The notes beneath the pieces were generated by a model. It searched no databases. It saw nothing but the letters and a program-made list of their open reading frames with translations, and was not told where the DNA came from. A stretch of 64,000 nt of DNA from Octopus sinensis (lineage: Eukaryota): assembly GCF_006345805.1 (NCBI RefSeq), contig NC_042997.1, positions 203,918,001 through 203,982,000 on the forward strand, written 5' to 3'. Numbering within the stretch: position 1 is the stretch's first letter; the number at the start of each line of letters is the position of its first letter. Below, in pieces: positions 62,457 to 64,000 of this stretch. The translations under genes and the position numbers were made by a program.

Positions 62457-64000
62457 GTACACTTTAACACCTTCAACTCTTCCTTTCTCAGGTACTTTTG
62501 GTTGGTGTATGTTTGGGAAGAAACTGGCTGTAAGGTACCTCTGTTCATGTGGGTTCCCTCTATCTCATTATTGTTTGTTTTCTTTTCATTCTGTACCCGC
62601 ACATGAAGAGAGAGCAAGTTTGAAATACATAAAGTCAGATTAGCTTGATTTCCTAATGAAATTTACTGGATAATATGAGATATAATAGACAGAACATAAA
62701 ATACAACAGTACAAATGAAAACTAGGAAAATATAATCATATTCCCTGAATACCTTTAATATCAACTCACCTTTTTTAAAATGACTTAAATGAAAACCTTC
62801 CTTAAAAATTTAATGTTAATTTATCTCCTAGACATCACCTTAGTTGCTATATAATAAATAAGTAAATATAGGAAAATAAAGGCTATCAGATCTCTAGTTT
62901 GAATGTGAGAAATATATAAATATGGAAACTTGCTAGTTTCAAAGTATTTCTAAGCCAAATATAAAACAAATAACTGCATTGGGGGTAGCTTTCAAAATAT
63001 GCTTCTTTTTGTTGTATATAATTGACATTTTTGTGAATACGAAAATTTTAATTTTCTAATTAGCTAGATGTTTACTAAGCAGCATTGATTGAAATATAGG
63101 TTTATACAATTACATTTAACATGTTTGTGTACACTTGAATGTGGCAAAAATCCTTTGCTGCTAAAAATGTCTTAAGAGAGAAATTCTCCTTATAAACAGT
63201 GTTTGTGAAAAGTACCCCATTGGACCATAAATGATGCCATTGGACTGTAGGACACGTATTTCTGTGTCACATTGGGATGTACAATTAGAGAAACCCATAG
63301 TGATTTGGTATTAAGAAACTAGCAGAAACACTGCCTGCCGAGCAGTATTTCGCTAATGTGTGTCGTATTTGCTTGTGCAAAATTGTTGTGCATGTCTGCC
63401 AATATGTATAAAGCTTAGAATGAAAAATTTCTGAGTAATTTTGATATTTTCTCTGATATTCTCAAAACATTTCAAAAAAATGCTTTGTAATCACTTATTT
63501 TTAATTAAACAATTGAATAAAGGTGATGGGGAGAGAGAGAGAGAAAATGCTTTGAGGAAAGAAAGTGAAAGTATTAGAACGAGCAAGGGGAAGATGAAAA
63601 AGTATTAAATGAAATAACAGGGAAATGGATGCAACCAAAGTTTGTGTGAGAGAGAGAGAGGGAGAAAGACACACACTCACACACACAAACAGACAGAAAG
63701 AGAGAAGGGGGAAAGAGAAAGACTAATTGGAATAGAGGTTGATAATCAAACAGGAGCTAGAAAGAGAGAGAGAGAGAGAGAATGTTGCAAAGTAATGGTA
63801 GAAGAAAAGGGATACAAATGTAAGACATTAAAAAATGTATGTCACATTGAATAAAAATTAGTTTTCTGACTGAAGCATGTTGTTGAAATCTTCAATAATA
63901 ACAGAATTTTGAAAACTACAGTTTGATAAAAAAAATATATTAAAATTGGAATTTATAAGAATTTTAGAGAAAGTGTAACCTTTAAAAATTGCCTTCTTTC

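Noticed and set aside
62457-64000. Further MAF1 exons (WVxNAV... and the C box)
   Set aside because: No matching translation with splice sites was found. The exons presumably lie beyond the window.

Overview
AT-rich, intron- and repeat-dense eukaryotic DNA. The SINE, LINE and MITE repertoire points to an octopod cephalopod (inference). There are two divergently oriented spliced genes, both assembled by hand with GT-AG junctions and consistent phases. The first is a complete 4-exon nuclear transport factor 2 gene (NTF2, - strand, CDS 26768->6933, 131 aa). The second is the first three coding exons of the RNA Pol III repressor MAF1 (+ strand, 47292->62456), which continues past the window. The rest is mostly transposon-derived: several SINE families, a decayed RTE LINE, a young 5'-truncated CR1, CRE-like RLE retrotransposon fragments, hAT/piggyBac/Merlin-like MITEs with clear TSDs, a non-autonomous Helitron and microsatellites. 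Almost all ORFs in the supplied track are spurious. The most unusual items are hammerhead-ribozyme-like motifs in sense orientation in introns of both genes, recurrent fold-back duplications of retroelement fragments, a MITE flanked by a ~255-bp direct duplication, 2x2 head/tail shuffling among SINEs, and a uORF-rich MAF1 leader. I cannot support a wholly new protein-coding system from the sequence alone.
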